64,000 nucleotides of DNA from Mobula hypostoma (lineage: Eukaryota). This document shows, one piece after another, positions 1-12,391 of this stretch. The translations under genes and the position numbers were made by a program. Numbering within the stretch: the first letter of the stretch is position 1; the number at the start of each line of letters is the position of its first letter. The notes beneath the pieces are model-generated. The model searched no databases. It was not told where the DNA came from and saw nothing but the letters and a program-made list of their open reading frames with translations. The stretch is taken from assembly GCF_963921235.1 (NCBI RefSeq), contig NC_086097.1:252156001-252220000 (forward strand), written 5' to 3'.

Positions 1-507
1 CTCTTCACCTGCGGCCCACCCCAACCCCGGTGTGCCCACTTTCCTCTGCTGTCAGATTCCTCTTTTTTCAGCTCTTTACCACCCATCACTTCCCTGCTTG
101 CCCAGTCTGGTATGGATCGGAAAAAGGCTGCTGAAGGTTTCAAACACTGGCAGCTCCATCATGAACACTAACCTGGCCTGCTGAATTCCTCCAGCATTTT
201 GGGTCTGTTGCTCTTCATTTCCACCCTCTGCAGAATCTCTGGTGTTTATCCAATGCTAATGATCCTCTGCAGAATCTCTGGTGTTTATGCAATGCTAATG
301 GTTTCTCTTTCCACAAAAACTGTCTTTCCTGCTGATTTCCCCCCTGCATTCATGATCATTATTTCAAAATCCTACATGAACTGTTCATTTTTGAATTTTA
401 ATGAGACGGTGTTGTGATGAAAGATAAATTGTCTGACACATTCATTCGGTGGTCATAGTTGGGGGAGGAATGTGAGAGGGAAACAGGGCAGTCGAAGAAA
501 GCCATGC

Positions 508-3500
508 AGTCACAGGGAGAAGATACAAATCTCCTTACAGAGTCACAGGGAGAAGATACAAATCTCCTTACAGAGAGTCACGGGGAGAAGATACAAATCT
601 CCTTACGGAGTCACGGGGAGAAGATACAAATCTCCTTACGGAGTCACGGGGAGAAGATACAAATCTCCTTACGGAGTCACGGGGAGAAGATACAAATCTC
701 CTTACGGAGAGTCACGGGGAGAAGATACAAATCTCCTTACGGAGAGTCACGGGGAGAAGATACAAATCTCCTTACGGAGAGTCACGGGGAGAAGATACAA
801 ATCTCCTTACGGAGAGTCACGGGGAGAAGATACAAATCTCCTTACGGAGTCACGGGGACAAGATACAAATCTCCTCACGGAGAGTCACGGGGAGAAGATA
901 CAAATCTCCTCACGGAGTCACGGGGAGAAGATACAAATCTCCTCACGGAGTCACGGGGAGAAGATACAAATCTCCTCACGGAGTCACGGGGAGAAGATAC
1001 AAATCTCCTTACGGAGAGTCACGGGGAGAAGATACAAATCTCCTCACGGAGTCACGGGGAGAAGATACAAATCTCCTTACGGAGAGTCACGGGGAGAAGA
1101 TACAAATCTCCTCACGGAGTCACGGGGAGAAGATACAAATCTCCTCACGGAGTCACGGGGAGAAGATACAAATCTCCTCACGGAGTCACGGGGAGAAGAT
1201 ACAAATCTCCTCACAGAGTCACGGGGAGAAGATACAAATCTCCTCACGGAGTCACGGGGAGAAGATACAAATCTCCTCACGGAGTCACGGGGAGAAGATA
1301 CAAATCTCCTCACGGAGTCACGGGGAGAAGATACAAATCTCCTCACGGAGTCACGGGGAGAAGATACAAATCTCCTCACGGAGTCACGGGGAGAAGATAC
1401 AAATCTCCTCACGGAGTCACGGGGAGAAGATACAAATCTCCTCACGGAGTCACGGGGAGAAGATACAAATCTCCTCACGGAGTCACGGGGAGAAGATACA
1501 AATCTCCTCACGGAATCACGGGGAGAAGATACAAATCTCCTCACGGAGTCACGGGGAGAAGATACAAATCTCCTCACGGAGTCACGGGGAGAAGATACAA
1601 ATCTCCTCACGGAGTCACGGGGAGAAGATACAAATCTCCTCACAGAGTCACGGGGAGAAGATACAAATCTCCTTACAGAGAGTCACGGGGAGAAGATACA
1701 AATCTCCTTATGGAGTCACAGGGAGAAGATACAAATCTCCTTACGGAGAGTCACGGGGAGAAGGTACAAATCTCCTTACAGAGTCACGGGGAGAAGATAC
1801 AAATCTCCTTACGGAGAGTCACGGGGAGAAGATACAAATCTCCTCACAGAGTCACGGGGAGAAGATACAAATCTCCTTACAGAGAGTCACGGGGAGAAGA
1901 TACAAATCTCCTTACGGAGTCACAGGGAGAAGATACAAATCTCCTTACAGAGTCACGGGGAGAAGATACAAATCTCCTTACGGAGAGTCACGGGGAGAAG
2001 GTACAAATCTCCTTACAGAGTCACGGGGAGAAGATACAAATCTCCTTACGGAGTCACAGGGAGAAGATACAAATCTCCTCACGGAGTCACGGGCAGAAGA
2101 CACAAATCTCCTTACAGAGAGTCACGGGGAGAAGATACAAATCTCCTCATGGAGTCATGGGGAGAAGGTAGAAATCTCCTTGCGGAGTCACGGGGAGAAG
2201 ATACAAATCTCCTTACGGAGTCACGGGGAGAAGGTAGAAATCTCCTTACAGAGTCACGGGGAGAAGATACAAATCTCCTCACGGAGTCACGGGGAGAAGA
2301 TACAAATCTCCTCACGGAGTCACGGGGAGAAGATACAAATCTCCTCACGGAGTCACGGGGAGAAGATACAAATCTCCTTACAGAGAGTCACGGGGAGAAG
2401 ATACAAATCTCCTTATGGAGTCATGGGGAGAAGGTAGAAATCTCCTTACGGAGTCACGGGGAGAAGATACAAATCTCCTCACGGAGTCACGGGGAGAAGA
2501 TACAAATCTCCTCACGGAGTCACGGGGAGAAGATACAAATCTCCTTACAGAGAGTCACGGGGAGAAGATACAAATCTCCTTATGGAGTCATGGGGAGAAG
2601 GTAGAAATCTCCTTACGGAGTCACGGGGAGAAGATACAAATCTCCTTACGGAGTCACGGGGAGAAGATACAAATCTCCTTACGGAGTCACGGGGAGAAGG
2701 TAGAAATCTCCTTACAGAGTCACGGGGAGAAGATACAAATCTCCTCACAGAGTCACGGGGAGAAGATACAAATCTCCTTACAGAGTCACAGGGAGAAGAT
2801 ACAAATCTCCTTACGGAGTCACAGGGAGAGGATACAAATCTCCTTACGGAGTCACGGGGAGAAGGTAGAAATCTCCTCACGGAGTCACGGGGAGAAGGTA
2901 GAAATCTCCTCACGGAGTCACGGGGAGAAGGTAGAAATCTCCTCACGGAGTCACGGGGAGAAGGTAGAAATCTCCTCACGGAGTCACGGGGAGAAGGTAG
3001 AAATCTCCTCACAGAGTCACGGGGAGAAGGTAGAAATCTCCTCACGGAGTCACGGGGAGAAGATACAAATCTCCTCACGGAGTCACGGGGAGAAGATACA
3101 AATCTCCTCACAGAGTCACGGGGAGAAGATACAAATCTCCTCACAGAGTCACGGGGAGAAGATACAAATCTCCTTACAGAGTCACAGGGAGAGGATACAA
3201 ATCTCCTTACGGAGTCACGGGGAGAAGATACAAATCTCCTTACGGAGTCACGGGGAGAAGGTAGAAATCTCCTTACAGAGTCACGGGGAGAAGATACAAA
3301 TCTCCTCACAGAGTCACGGGGAGAAGATACAAATCTCCTTACAGAGTCACAGGGAGAAGATACAAATCTCCTTACGGAGTCACAGGGAGAGGATACAAAT
3401 CTCCTTACGGAGTCACGGGGAGAAGGTAGAAATCTCCTCACGGAGTCACGGGGAGAAGGTAGAAATCTCCTCACGGAGTCACGGGGAGAAGGTAGAAATC

Positions 3501-4661
3501 TCCTCACGGAGTCACGGGGAGAAGGTAGAAATCTCCTCACGGAGTCACGGGGAGAAGGTAGAAATCTCCTCACGGAGTCACGGGGAGAAGGTAGAAATCT
3601 CCTCACGGAGTCACGGGGAGAAGATACAAATCTCCTCACGGAGTCACGGGGAGAAGATACAAATCTCCTCACAGAGTCACGGGGAGAAGATACAAATCTC
3701 CTCACAGAGTCACGGGGAGAAGATACAAATCTCCTTACAGAGTCACAGGGAGAGGATACAAATCTCCTTACGGAGTCACAGGGAGAGGATACAAATCTCG
3801 TTACAGAGTCACGGGGAGAAGGTAGAAATCTCCTTACGGAGTCACGGGGAGAAGGTAGAAATCTCCTTACGGAGTCACGGGGAGAAGGTAGAAATCTCCT
3901 TACGGAGTCACGGGGAGAAGGTAGAAATCTCCTTACAGAGTCACGGGGAGAAGGTAGAAATCTCCTTACAGAGTCACGGGGAGAAGATACAAATCTCCTT
4001 ACAGAGTCACGGGGAGAAGATACAAATCTCCTTACAGAGTCACGGGGAGAAGATACAAATCTCCTTACAGAGTCACGGGGAGAAGATACAAATCTCCTTA
4101 CGGAGTCACAGGGAGAGGATACAAATCTCCTTACGGAGTCACGGGGAGAAGGTAGAAATCTCCTTACGGAGTCACGGGGAGAAGGTAGAAATCTCCTTAC
4201 GGAGTCACGGGGAGAAGGTAGAAATCTCCTTACGGAGTCACGGGGAGAAGGTAGAAATCTCCTTACAGAGTCACGGGGAGAAGGTAGAAATCTCCTTACA
4301 GAGTCACAGGGAGAAGGTACAAATCTTACGGAGTCACGGGGAGAAGGTAGAAATCTCCGTACACAGTCACGGGGAGAAGGTAGAAATCTCCTTACGGAGT
4401 CACGGGGAGAAGATACAAATCTCCTCATGGAGTCACAGGGAGAAGATACAAATCTCCGTACAGAGTCAAGGGGAAAAGATGCAAATCTCCGTACAGAGTC
4501 ACAGGGAGAAGATAAAAATCTCCTTACAGAGTCACGGGGAGAAAATACAAATCTCCTTACGGAGTCACCGGGAGAAGATACAAATCTCCGTACAGAGGTA
4601 CGGGGAGAAAATACAAATCTCCTTACAGAGTCACGGGGAGAAGATACAAATCTCCTTACAG
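508..4661. repeat. 33-bp minisatellite, about 125 copies (consensus GAGTCACGGGGAGAAGATACAAATCTCCTTACG, with 35-bp +GA variants)
   Basis: Tandem unit read directly. The long ORFs (TESRGEDTNLL, SHGEKIQISLR, VRRFVSSPRDS) are the stop-free unit translated in different frames. Confidence 0.98.
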
Positions 4662-5133
4662 GCAGCAGTGTGTGTTGAACCTGATCGGTGATCGCCGCAC
4701 TGTGATAACAGAACAGTTACTCCTCAAACATCAGGCTTTTGAACTTGAGGGGGCAGCCACTCTCATTTTAAGGACTCTTGTTATATTTTTATTTCATGCT
4801 CGTTATTTATCGATATTTATTTATACCTGCATTTGCACTGTTTGTTTACAGTTTCCAGCTCCTGACATTTACAGTTTTATACATTTGCAGAGTGTGCCTG
4901 CCAGCGGAAAAAGAATCTTAGGGTTGTATGTGGTGACATGTATGGTACTATGATAATAATTTTTACTTTGAACTAACCACTACACTATTTACAACTACAA
5001 AAATATGTACTTTAAAAGCAATGCATTAGTAAGGTTAGCTAGAGTTGTTCGGGTGGGTTTAAACTAATTTGGCAGGGGATGGGATCCGGAATGATAGTGA
5101 AGAAGATGAAGTAGTTGGGTTACAAATAGAGGC

Positions 5134-5770
5134 AGACACGAGGAAATCTGCAGATGCTGGAAATTGAAGCAACACACATAAAAGTTGCTAGTGAACACAG
5201 CAGGCCAGGCAGCATCTCTAGGAAGAGGTACAGTCGACGTTTCGGGCCGAGACCCTTCGTCAGGACTAACTGAAGGAAGAGCTAGTAAGAGATTTGAAAG
5301 TAGGAGGGGGAGGGGGAGATCCAAAATGATAGGAGAAGACAGGAGGGAGAGGGATGGAGCCAAGAGCTGGACAGGTGATTGGCAAAAGGGATATGAGAGG
5401 ATCATGGGACAGGAGGTCCGGGGAGAGAGAGAAGGGGAGAGGGGAGCCCGGAAGGTGGAGAGCAGGCAAGGAGTTATAGTGAGAGGTAGAGAGAGAGAAA
5501 AGAGAGAGAGGAAAAAAGGGGGAAAAAATAAAAAAAATATTAAAAATATATTAAATAAATAAATAAGGGATGGGGTGTGAAGGGGAGGAGGGGCACCCCT
5601 CCTGTCTTTCCCTACCATTTCAGATCTCCCCCTCCCCGTCCCACTCTCAAATCTCTTACTAGCTCTTCTTTCAGTTAGTTGACGAAGGGTCTCAGCCCGA
5701 AACGTCAACTGTACCTCTTCCTAGAGATGCTGCCTGGCCTGCTGTGTTCAGCAGCATTTTTTTGTGTGTG
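5134..5770. mobile_element. Penelope-derived foldback element (inverted arms around a purine-rich spacer) carrying hammerhead motifs
   Basis: About 5170-5320 is the reverse complement of about 5605-5770. The same family recurs near 23060-23445, 24210-24530, 26145-26520, 28260-28530, 32750-32935, 35294-35525, 42870-43290 and 50200-50330. Confidence 0.8.
5231..5268 (-). ncRNA. Minimal type-I hammerhead ribozyme motif, intact core
   Basis: Minus strand reads TAGTC CTGACGA A GGGT-CTCG-GCCC GAAAC GTC GACTG: stem I, CUGANGA, stem II, GAAA, palindromic ACGU stem III and a GUC cleavage triplet. Confidence 0.75.
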
Positions 5771-5879
5771 TTACAGATCGAGGCAATGTGTAGTGCAACT
5801 CCTAGCAAGGAGAGGCTGATGATTACAGTCAACAGGACGAGTTGCAACACAAAACGCAGACAAAATCGAAAAGGGTGAA

Positions 5880-8140
5880 TACAGGACTGAAGGTATAATA
5901 TTTGAATGGGAATAAAGGGAGTCCTTTCTGGTTGGCTGCCAGTGACTAGTGATGGCCCACATAGGTCTGTTCTGGGACCAATTCTTTTTACTTTACATGT
6001 CAATGATATGGATGATGGAATTGATGGCTTTGTTGCAATATTTACAGACGATATGAACTTGTAGCACGGTTGCAGATTGGCATGTATGATGTTGTAGGCA
6101 TCATGGCTGAAAGAAGATTATAGCTGGGAGCTTAATGTCTAAGGATACACTTTGCAATGGAAAGGACAGGCTGGAAGGCAGAGGGGGTGACATGGCTCTG
6201 TTGGTAGAAAATGAAATGAAGTGACATAGGGTTGGAAGGTATTGTATCATTGTGGATAGAACTAAGGAACTGCAAGGGTAAAAGGACCATGATGAGAGTT
6301 GTATACAGACCCCCAAAGCATCAGTAAGGACGTGACCTAGAAAATGGGATAGAAAATGCATGCCAAAGGGACAATGTTACAATAGTCATAGGGTTAGATT
6401 TGGGAAAAACAGGTTGGTGCGGGACTGCAAGAGGAGGAATTTCTAGATTGCCTATGAGATGGCTTTTTAGAGCAGCTCGGAGTTGAACCCAGCTGTTCTG
6501 GTCTGGGTGCTGTGCAGTGAACCGGAATTGATTAGAGAGCTTAAGGTGAAAGAACTCTGAGGCAGGTGATCACAATATGGTCAAATTCACCCTGAAATCT
6601 GAGAAGGAGAAGTTAAAAGTCAGATGTATCAGTATTACAGTGGAGTAAAGGGAATTACAGAGTCATGAGAGAAGAGTTGGCCTGAATTGATTGGAAAAGA
6701 ACACCGGCAGGGATGACGGCAGAGCAGCAATGACTGGAATTTCTGGAAGCAATTCAGAATGCGCAGGATATATACGTCCCAAAGAGGACTATGTATTCTA
6801 AAGGCAAGATGACACAAACATGGCTAATAAGGGAAGTCAAAGCCAACATAAAAGCCAAAGGGAGGGCGTATAATAGAGCAAAAATTAGAGGCAAGTTAGA
6901 AGATTGGGACACTTTTCAATGCCAACAGACGGCAACTAAAAAAGTCAATAATGTAAAGATGGAATATAAAAGTAAAATGGCCAATAATAATAAAAAAGAT
7001 ACAGAAAGTTTCTTCAGGTATGTAAAGAGAGGCATAATGGAGGACAAGGAACGGCAGATGAACTGAAAAGTAATTTGTATCAGCCTTCATGATGGAAGAC
7101 ACTAGCAGTATGGTGGAAGTTCCAGGTGTCAGGGGTCATGAAGTATGTAAAATTACCATTAATAGAGAGAAGGTTCTTGGGAAACTGAAAGGTCTGAAGG
7201 TAGATAAGTCACCTGGACCAGATGATATATACCCAGGGACTCTAAAAGAGGAGACTGAGGAGTTCGTGGAGGCATTAGTAATGATCTTTCAAGAATCACA
7301 AGATTCTGGAATGGCTTCAGAAGACTGGAAAATTGCAAATGTCACTCCACTGTTCATGAACGGAGAGAGGCAGAAGAAAGGAAATTATGGTCCAGTTAGT
7401 TTGACCTCAATGGTTGGGAAGATGTTGGAGCTGATTGTTAAGGATGTGGTTTTGGGATACTTGGAGGCACAGGATAAAATAGGTCATAGCCAGCATGGGA
7501 AAATCTTGCCTGACAAATCTGTTGGACTTCTTTGAAGAAGTAACAAGCAGGATAGACAAAAGAGATTCGACTGATGTTATGTACTTGGATTTTCAGAAGG
7601 CTTTTGACAAGGTTTTTGAGGCTGCTTAACGAGCTACGAGCCACATGCACAAAATGCTGGGGGATCTCAGAAGGCCAGGGGGCATCTATGGAAAAAAGTA
7701 CAGTAGATGTTTTGGGCCAAGACCCTTCAGCTATGAGCCCATGGTATTATAAGAAAGATCACGGCATGGATAAAGCAGTGTCTGATTGGCAGAAGGCAAA
7801 GAGTGGGAACAAAGGGAGCCTTTTCTGGTTGGCTGAGGGTGACTAGTGGTGTTCCACATAGGTCTGTGTTGGGACTAATTCTTTTACTTTACATGTCAAT
7901 GATATGGATGATGGAATTGATGGCTTGGTTGCAAAGACGATACGAAGATGAGTGGAGGGGCAGGTAGTTTTGAGAAAATAGAGGAGCTACAGAAGGACTT
8001 AGATTAGGAGAATAGGCAAAGAAATGGCAGATGGAATACAGTGTTAGGAAGTGTATGGTTGTGCATTTTGGTAGGAGAAATGAAAGGGTTGACTATTTTC
8101 TAAATGGCAAGCAAATACAAAAAACTGAGGTGCAAAGGGA
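5880..8140 (+). mobile_element. Degraded CR1 LINE (endonuclease and RT fragments)
   Basis: ORF fragments LKVDKSPGPD, EDWKIANVTPLF, NYGPVSLTS and KCMVVHFGRRN; many stops and frameshifts. Confidence 0.85.
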
Positions 8141-8799
8141 TTACCTACACTGCACTTTCTCTGTAACTGTAACACTTTATTCTGTAATCTGTTATTGTTT
8201 CATCTTGTTTTACCTCACTATGCTGTGTAATGATCTGATTTGTATGCACAGTGTACAAGCTGTTCACTGTACCTTGGTACATGTGACAATAATAAACCAA
8301 TTCTGATCTATCTGAGGGATGGTCCTGTTTGCTCAGTAAAATGTGTACCCCTCTCAATGAATTCCTATTCACAATATAAAGTTGGGATTGTCCTTGGGAT
8401 TTGCCACAAATGGCAGGCTCACTATGACTAAGATAGCTTGTATGCCAAAAGATGTTTTTGCACTTTTTGTGAATATCTCAAGGACTGTAGAACGTGACAC
8501 TTGCAGAGTGCCCACACTACTTTCTTGGACTGTGATGGTCGTTGACAGAAACAACGTATTTCACTGTTTCATTGTACGTGTCATCAATAAAGCTAATCTT
8601 ATCTTAATCATGGAAGTGTTCAGAGGCCAAACTGCTAAGGGGCGATCAAAGGCCACCAAAGTGGGGCAGGTTCAGCTACACTTGCGGGCTGCCCAGCACA
8701 ACCCTCACAATTTGACACAAGACAGCACTGTATGCTTCCATGTACGTGTGACAAATATTTATTTAGCAATACAGTGTGGGGTACGCCTTTCCAGCCATG

Positions 8800-9035
8800 C
8801 CACTCTCGCAGACCTGAGTAATCCTAGCCTAATCGCGGGACAATTTACAATGACCAATTAACATACCTGTATGTCTTTGGACTGTGGGAGGAAACCAGAG
8901 CACCTGGAGGAAACCCATGCATTCCATGGAAAGGACATACAAACTCCATAGCGAATGGTGCCAGAATTGAACTCCAAAGTCTGGAATACCCCGAGCTGTC
9001 ATAGCGTCATACTAACTGCTACACTACCATGCCCC
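8800..9035 (-). mobile_element. tRNA-derived SINE fragment (HE1/V-SINE-like)
   Basis: Contains TGTGGGAGGAAACCAGAGCACCTGGAGGAAACCCA...AATTGAACTCC, the antisense form of a common fish SINE core and B-box region. Confidence 0.55.
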
Positions 9036-9046
9036 TTGCTCTCTCA

Positions 9047-10597
9047 TTCATCATCATCATCAGGTGCCATGCCCAGTTTGAGCTTTGACTGCCATGGCCC
9101 ACACACTCTTGTTTCGGGTCAAGTGGATCAATTCATTAGTATTCATTTCCAATTCTCTGGCTGCTGTCTCCATCATCATTTGTCTTTGTCTTCCTCTTGC
9201 TTTCTTCCCTTCAATCTTTCCCATAATTATCATGCATTCTAACTCCTCTTTCCTAATCACATGTCCAATGAAGTTATGTTGCCTTTTCATGATCTCATAC
9301 ATTATTTCTCTTTTTGTGTTTGCTCTGTTCATGACATCCTCATTAGATATTTGTTTTGTCCATGATATTCTTTGCATCCTCCTCAAAAACCACATCTCTG
9401 CTGCTACAATTCGTTTCCTCATGTTACTAGATATTGTCCAAAATTCTGAGCCATATAACATAACTGGATAAACAAAACATTTCAGTACTCTGGGGTGGGT
9501 TGTCATGCCTAGTTTAGTATTGGTCAGTATACTCTTCATTCTTGTAAAGGTATCTTTTGCCATCCCTATTCTTCTTTTGATGTCCATGTCTCACCTGCCA
9601 TCTGATGTCACCCAGCTTCCTAAGTAGCAAAAATTCTTTACTTGTTTTATGTCTTCCCCATTTATTCTCAGCCTGCAGATAGGATTCTCCTTCTTTTTGC
9701 ATATCACCATACATTCTGTCTTTTTGCAATTGATAGGTAGACCCATTTTTGCAATTTTCTTCAACAATTATATCAATTAAGTTTTGTAGTTTTTACCGCC
9801 AACTTTGATTCCCAAGGTGTCTCTTATTTTTTGTAATATTATTTCACTGTACATATTAAATAAATCAGGGGAGAAAACACACCCTTGTCTGACGCCTCTC
9901 TTGATTTTCATAAACTGACTCACTTCTCCATCTATTCTTACAGTGGCAGTAAGACCAGTACAGATTTCTGGTCAGGCGGAGATCTTTCGAATCTAGATCT
10001 AGAGTTTTCTGTAATATTTCAAATAACTTATTGTGCTTCACTTTATCAAATGCTTTTGTGTAGTCGATAAAACAAACAAACAAATCTGTTTGCACTTGAA
10101 TAGCTCGTTCTGATAGTATCCTTAACATCAATATTGCATTTCTTGTACCTTTGTCTTTCACAAAACCACACTGTTCTTTGCCTATTTCATCTTGTATCTT
10201 ACTTTTAGCTCTTGTCATCAACATTCTTAGAAGTATCTTGGTGATATGACTCATTAAACTTATGGTCTTATGTAATTCACATTCTATTGCTCCAAGTTTC
10301 TTAGGAAGAGTGATAGATACTGATTTTTTTTTTATCTCTTCTGGTATTATTCCAGTCTCATAAATGTCATTGACTACATCAGGAAGTTTTTCAATTCCAT
10401 AATCTTCAAGGGCAATCATTTGTTCTATTACTAATTCATCAGGACCTGCTGCCTTTCCTTTCTTCATCTTATTTATTGCATTACGAACTTCAGATTTTAA
10501 AATACTTGGACCTTCAATGTTTTTCTTAATTTCTGGTTTTTCACCTCAATCGTCTTCAAACAATTCCTGAATATACTCAGTCCATCTGTTCATAATA
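9047..10597 (-). mobile_element. RTE-clade LINE, 5'-truncated, with (GAT)n tail
   Basis: ORFs 9865-10467 (KAAGPD, FIDYTKAFDKV) and 9060-9587 (DIKRRIGMAK, LYGSEFW, EMWFLRRM, GKIEGKKARGRQR); (TCA)n tail at 9047-9062. Confidence 0.92.
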
Positions 10598-10620
10598 AAC
10601 CAATATGACTATCAATTTAT

Positions 10621-10767
10621 AACTCTGCCAAGGATGGTCCGGAGCCCGGCTGTGAAAGGAGGAGGATTGGACATGGAGCCAGCAACCTCATCCCGTGAAA
10701 ACCCAGAGCTACAGAAACACCAGAAGCTCCAAAGACCTCATCCCTGGGAAAGGAAGGATCTTCGAAG
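10621..10767 (+). mobile_element. RTE 5' head beginning with a degenerate twister-ribozyme motif
   Basis: T|AACTCTGCC...TGGTCCGGAGCCCGG...AAAGGAGGAGGATTGG followed by ACATGGAGCCAGCAACCTCATCCCGTGAAAA, the layout recalled for twister-bearing RTE 5' UTRs. Confidence 0.6.
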
Positions 10768-10803
10768 TTTGAACCATCAGAAGCACTGGTAGCTAATCCC
10801 TAC

Positions 10804-11146
10804 CTGAATGATTCACTCTCATACTCAGCAGTCCCGCTGTTCTCCCTCACGTTGCTTTGGACGTTGTACACCGTGTACACGGACATGCTGGGGTGTTCAA
10901 TTAGCAGATTTTCCAACGGGCTGGTCTCCATCTGCACAGGGGCACATCCACCTGCAGTGAAACAGGGAGGGGGTGTAATGAACCAGCTCTCCTCCAGGGT
11001 GCAGGAGTCGAGCTGAAGGAAACAGGAGTCACTACGTTCGCCAAGCAACTCAACAGGAGAGGCCGGAGAGGAAAAGATGGCAGCATTTGGAAAAGGTTCC
11101 CTTCTTAGGTCTGCTGACTCATCATTAGAGCAATTAGTACAAGCAT
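10804..11146 (-). CDS. TP53INP1: TP53INP1-like (DOR family) second coding exon, 343 nt
   Basis: Translates SDSCFLQLDSCTLEESWFITPPPCFTAGG...ETSPLENLLIEHPSMSVY, the DOR-family signature, closest to TP53INP1 from memory. Acceptor ttttag and donor AG|gtaggg; phase matches the preceding exon. Confidence 0.92.
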
Positions 11147-12312
11147 CTAAAAAGCAGCAAGCAACAGTCAAGTGATGTTAGAAGCAAGAATTGGACAATC
11201 AATGAGCGATGCAAGTAGCAAAGTATTGAAGTTTTAAAAATGAAACGGGAATTGGGGAAAGAGTGAGAAAAGGATACAGTTTTATTTTGAATTCAACACT
11301 TCAGTTTAAAGTTGTATTCACAAAATAAATAATAATTAGGTATATTAATGTTGAATTAAGCTGTTTACTCTCTTTGCAGTTTAACAATTACCTGCTTGTA
11401 TTTTATGTAACTACTTATCTACATGTAATTGTTCATTAAATTTCCTAGTGGTCACAGTGCGTATATGCAGTTGTTGTTCAGTGTGTGCCCTAGTGGGTGA
11501 CAGTCCTTAGTAAGTTCTAGAAAGCTATTTGGTATCACATGATTTGAAAAGGGGCTATCTGATTGGTTAACTCTTATTTACATATTTGAATGTTTCTAAT
11601 TTTTGGTATAAAAGATCTGACCACATCGGCCCACCATCTTAACTTCCTTCTCTTCTCCTGCTTGACACCTGTTACTGTCCATTTCCAATTCTCTTGTTCT
11701 ATTAATGCTTAATGAAACAATTACAAAGCAAAAATTTTTGTGTCTCTTTCCTGACTTCTGAAAGAACCTTGGATAAGAACATTAATGATACAGTGGTTAG
11801 ATCACTGGTCTCATAGTGAGTCGGGATGTACAATTGAGCGTAGACCAGGACAGCACAGTACAGGCCCTTCGGCCCATCATTTTGGCCGATCTTTTAACCT
11901 TCTCTGAGATTCAATTTAAAACTTCCCTCTCTCATAGCTCTCCGTTTTTCTATCATCCATGTATCTAAGAGTTTCTTAAATGCCCCTAATATATCTCCCT
12001 ACCACCACCCCTGGCAAGGTGTTCCACTCACCAACCACTCTCCGTGTTAAAAAGCTTACCTCTGACATCCTCCCTGTACTTCCCTCCAATCACCTTAAAA
12101 TTATGTCCCCTTGTATTAGCCATTTCCACCCTGGGAAAATGTCTTCAGATGTCCAATTGAACTATGCCTCTTCTCATCTTGTACACCTCTATCAAGTCAC
12201 CTCTCATCCTTCTTTGCTGCAAAGAGAACAGGCCTGGCTCACTCAACCTACCCTCATAAGACATGCAAGCTTAAGTACCACCAGTAGCTTGGCCTTGTCC
12301 CACCATGTAGAT

Positions 12313-12391
12313 CAGGGGTTCCCACCTTTTTGATGCCATGCACCAATACCATTAAGCAAGGAGTCCATGGACTCCAGGTTGGGAACCCTTA
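12313..12391. mobile_element. Short hAT-type MITE (CAGGGG...CCCCTG-like ends)
   Basis: caggggttccca...ttgggaaccctta flanked by 8-bp atgtagat / gtgtagat. Related pieces near 17435-17492, 27700-27778, 29138-29208 and 30850-30897. Confidence 0.65.

Noticed and set aside
459..4691. 570-758 aa ORFs as a repetitive protein gene, or the array as CRISPR
   Set aside because: The ORFs arise in several frames and on both strands because the 33-bp unit lacks stops, and +GA indels shift frames freely. Units are contiguous with no unique spacers, and the context is eukaryotic.
8145..8430. NRNSLR peptide resembling the TP53INP1 last exon (LNRNSLRRQN)
   Set aside because: The surrounding residues do not match the conserved C-terminus (no RRQN or QP...NY), and the ORF runs into repeat sequence. 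The true last exon is probably left of the window.
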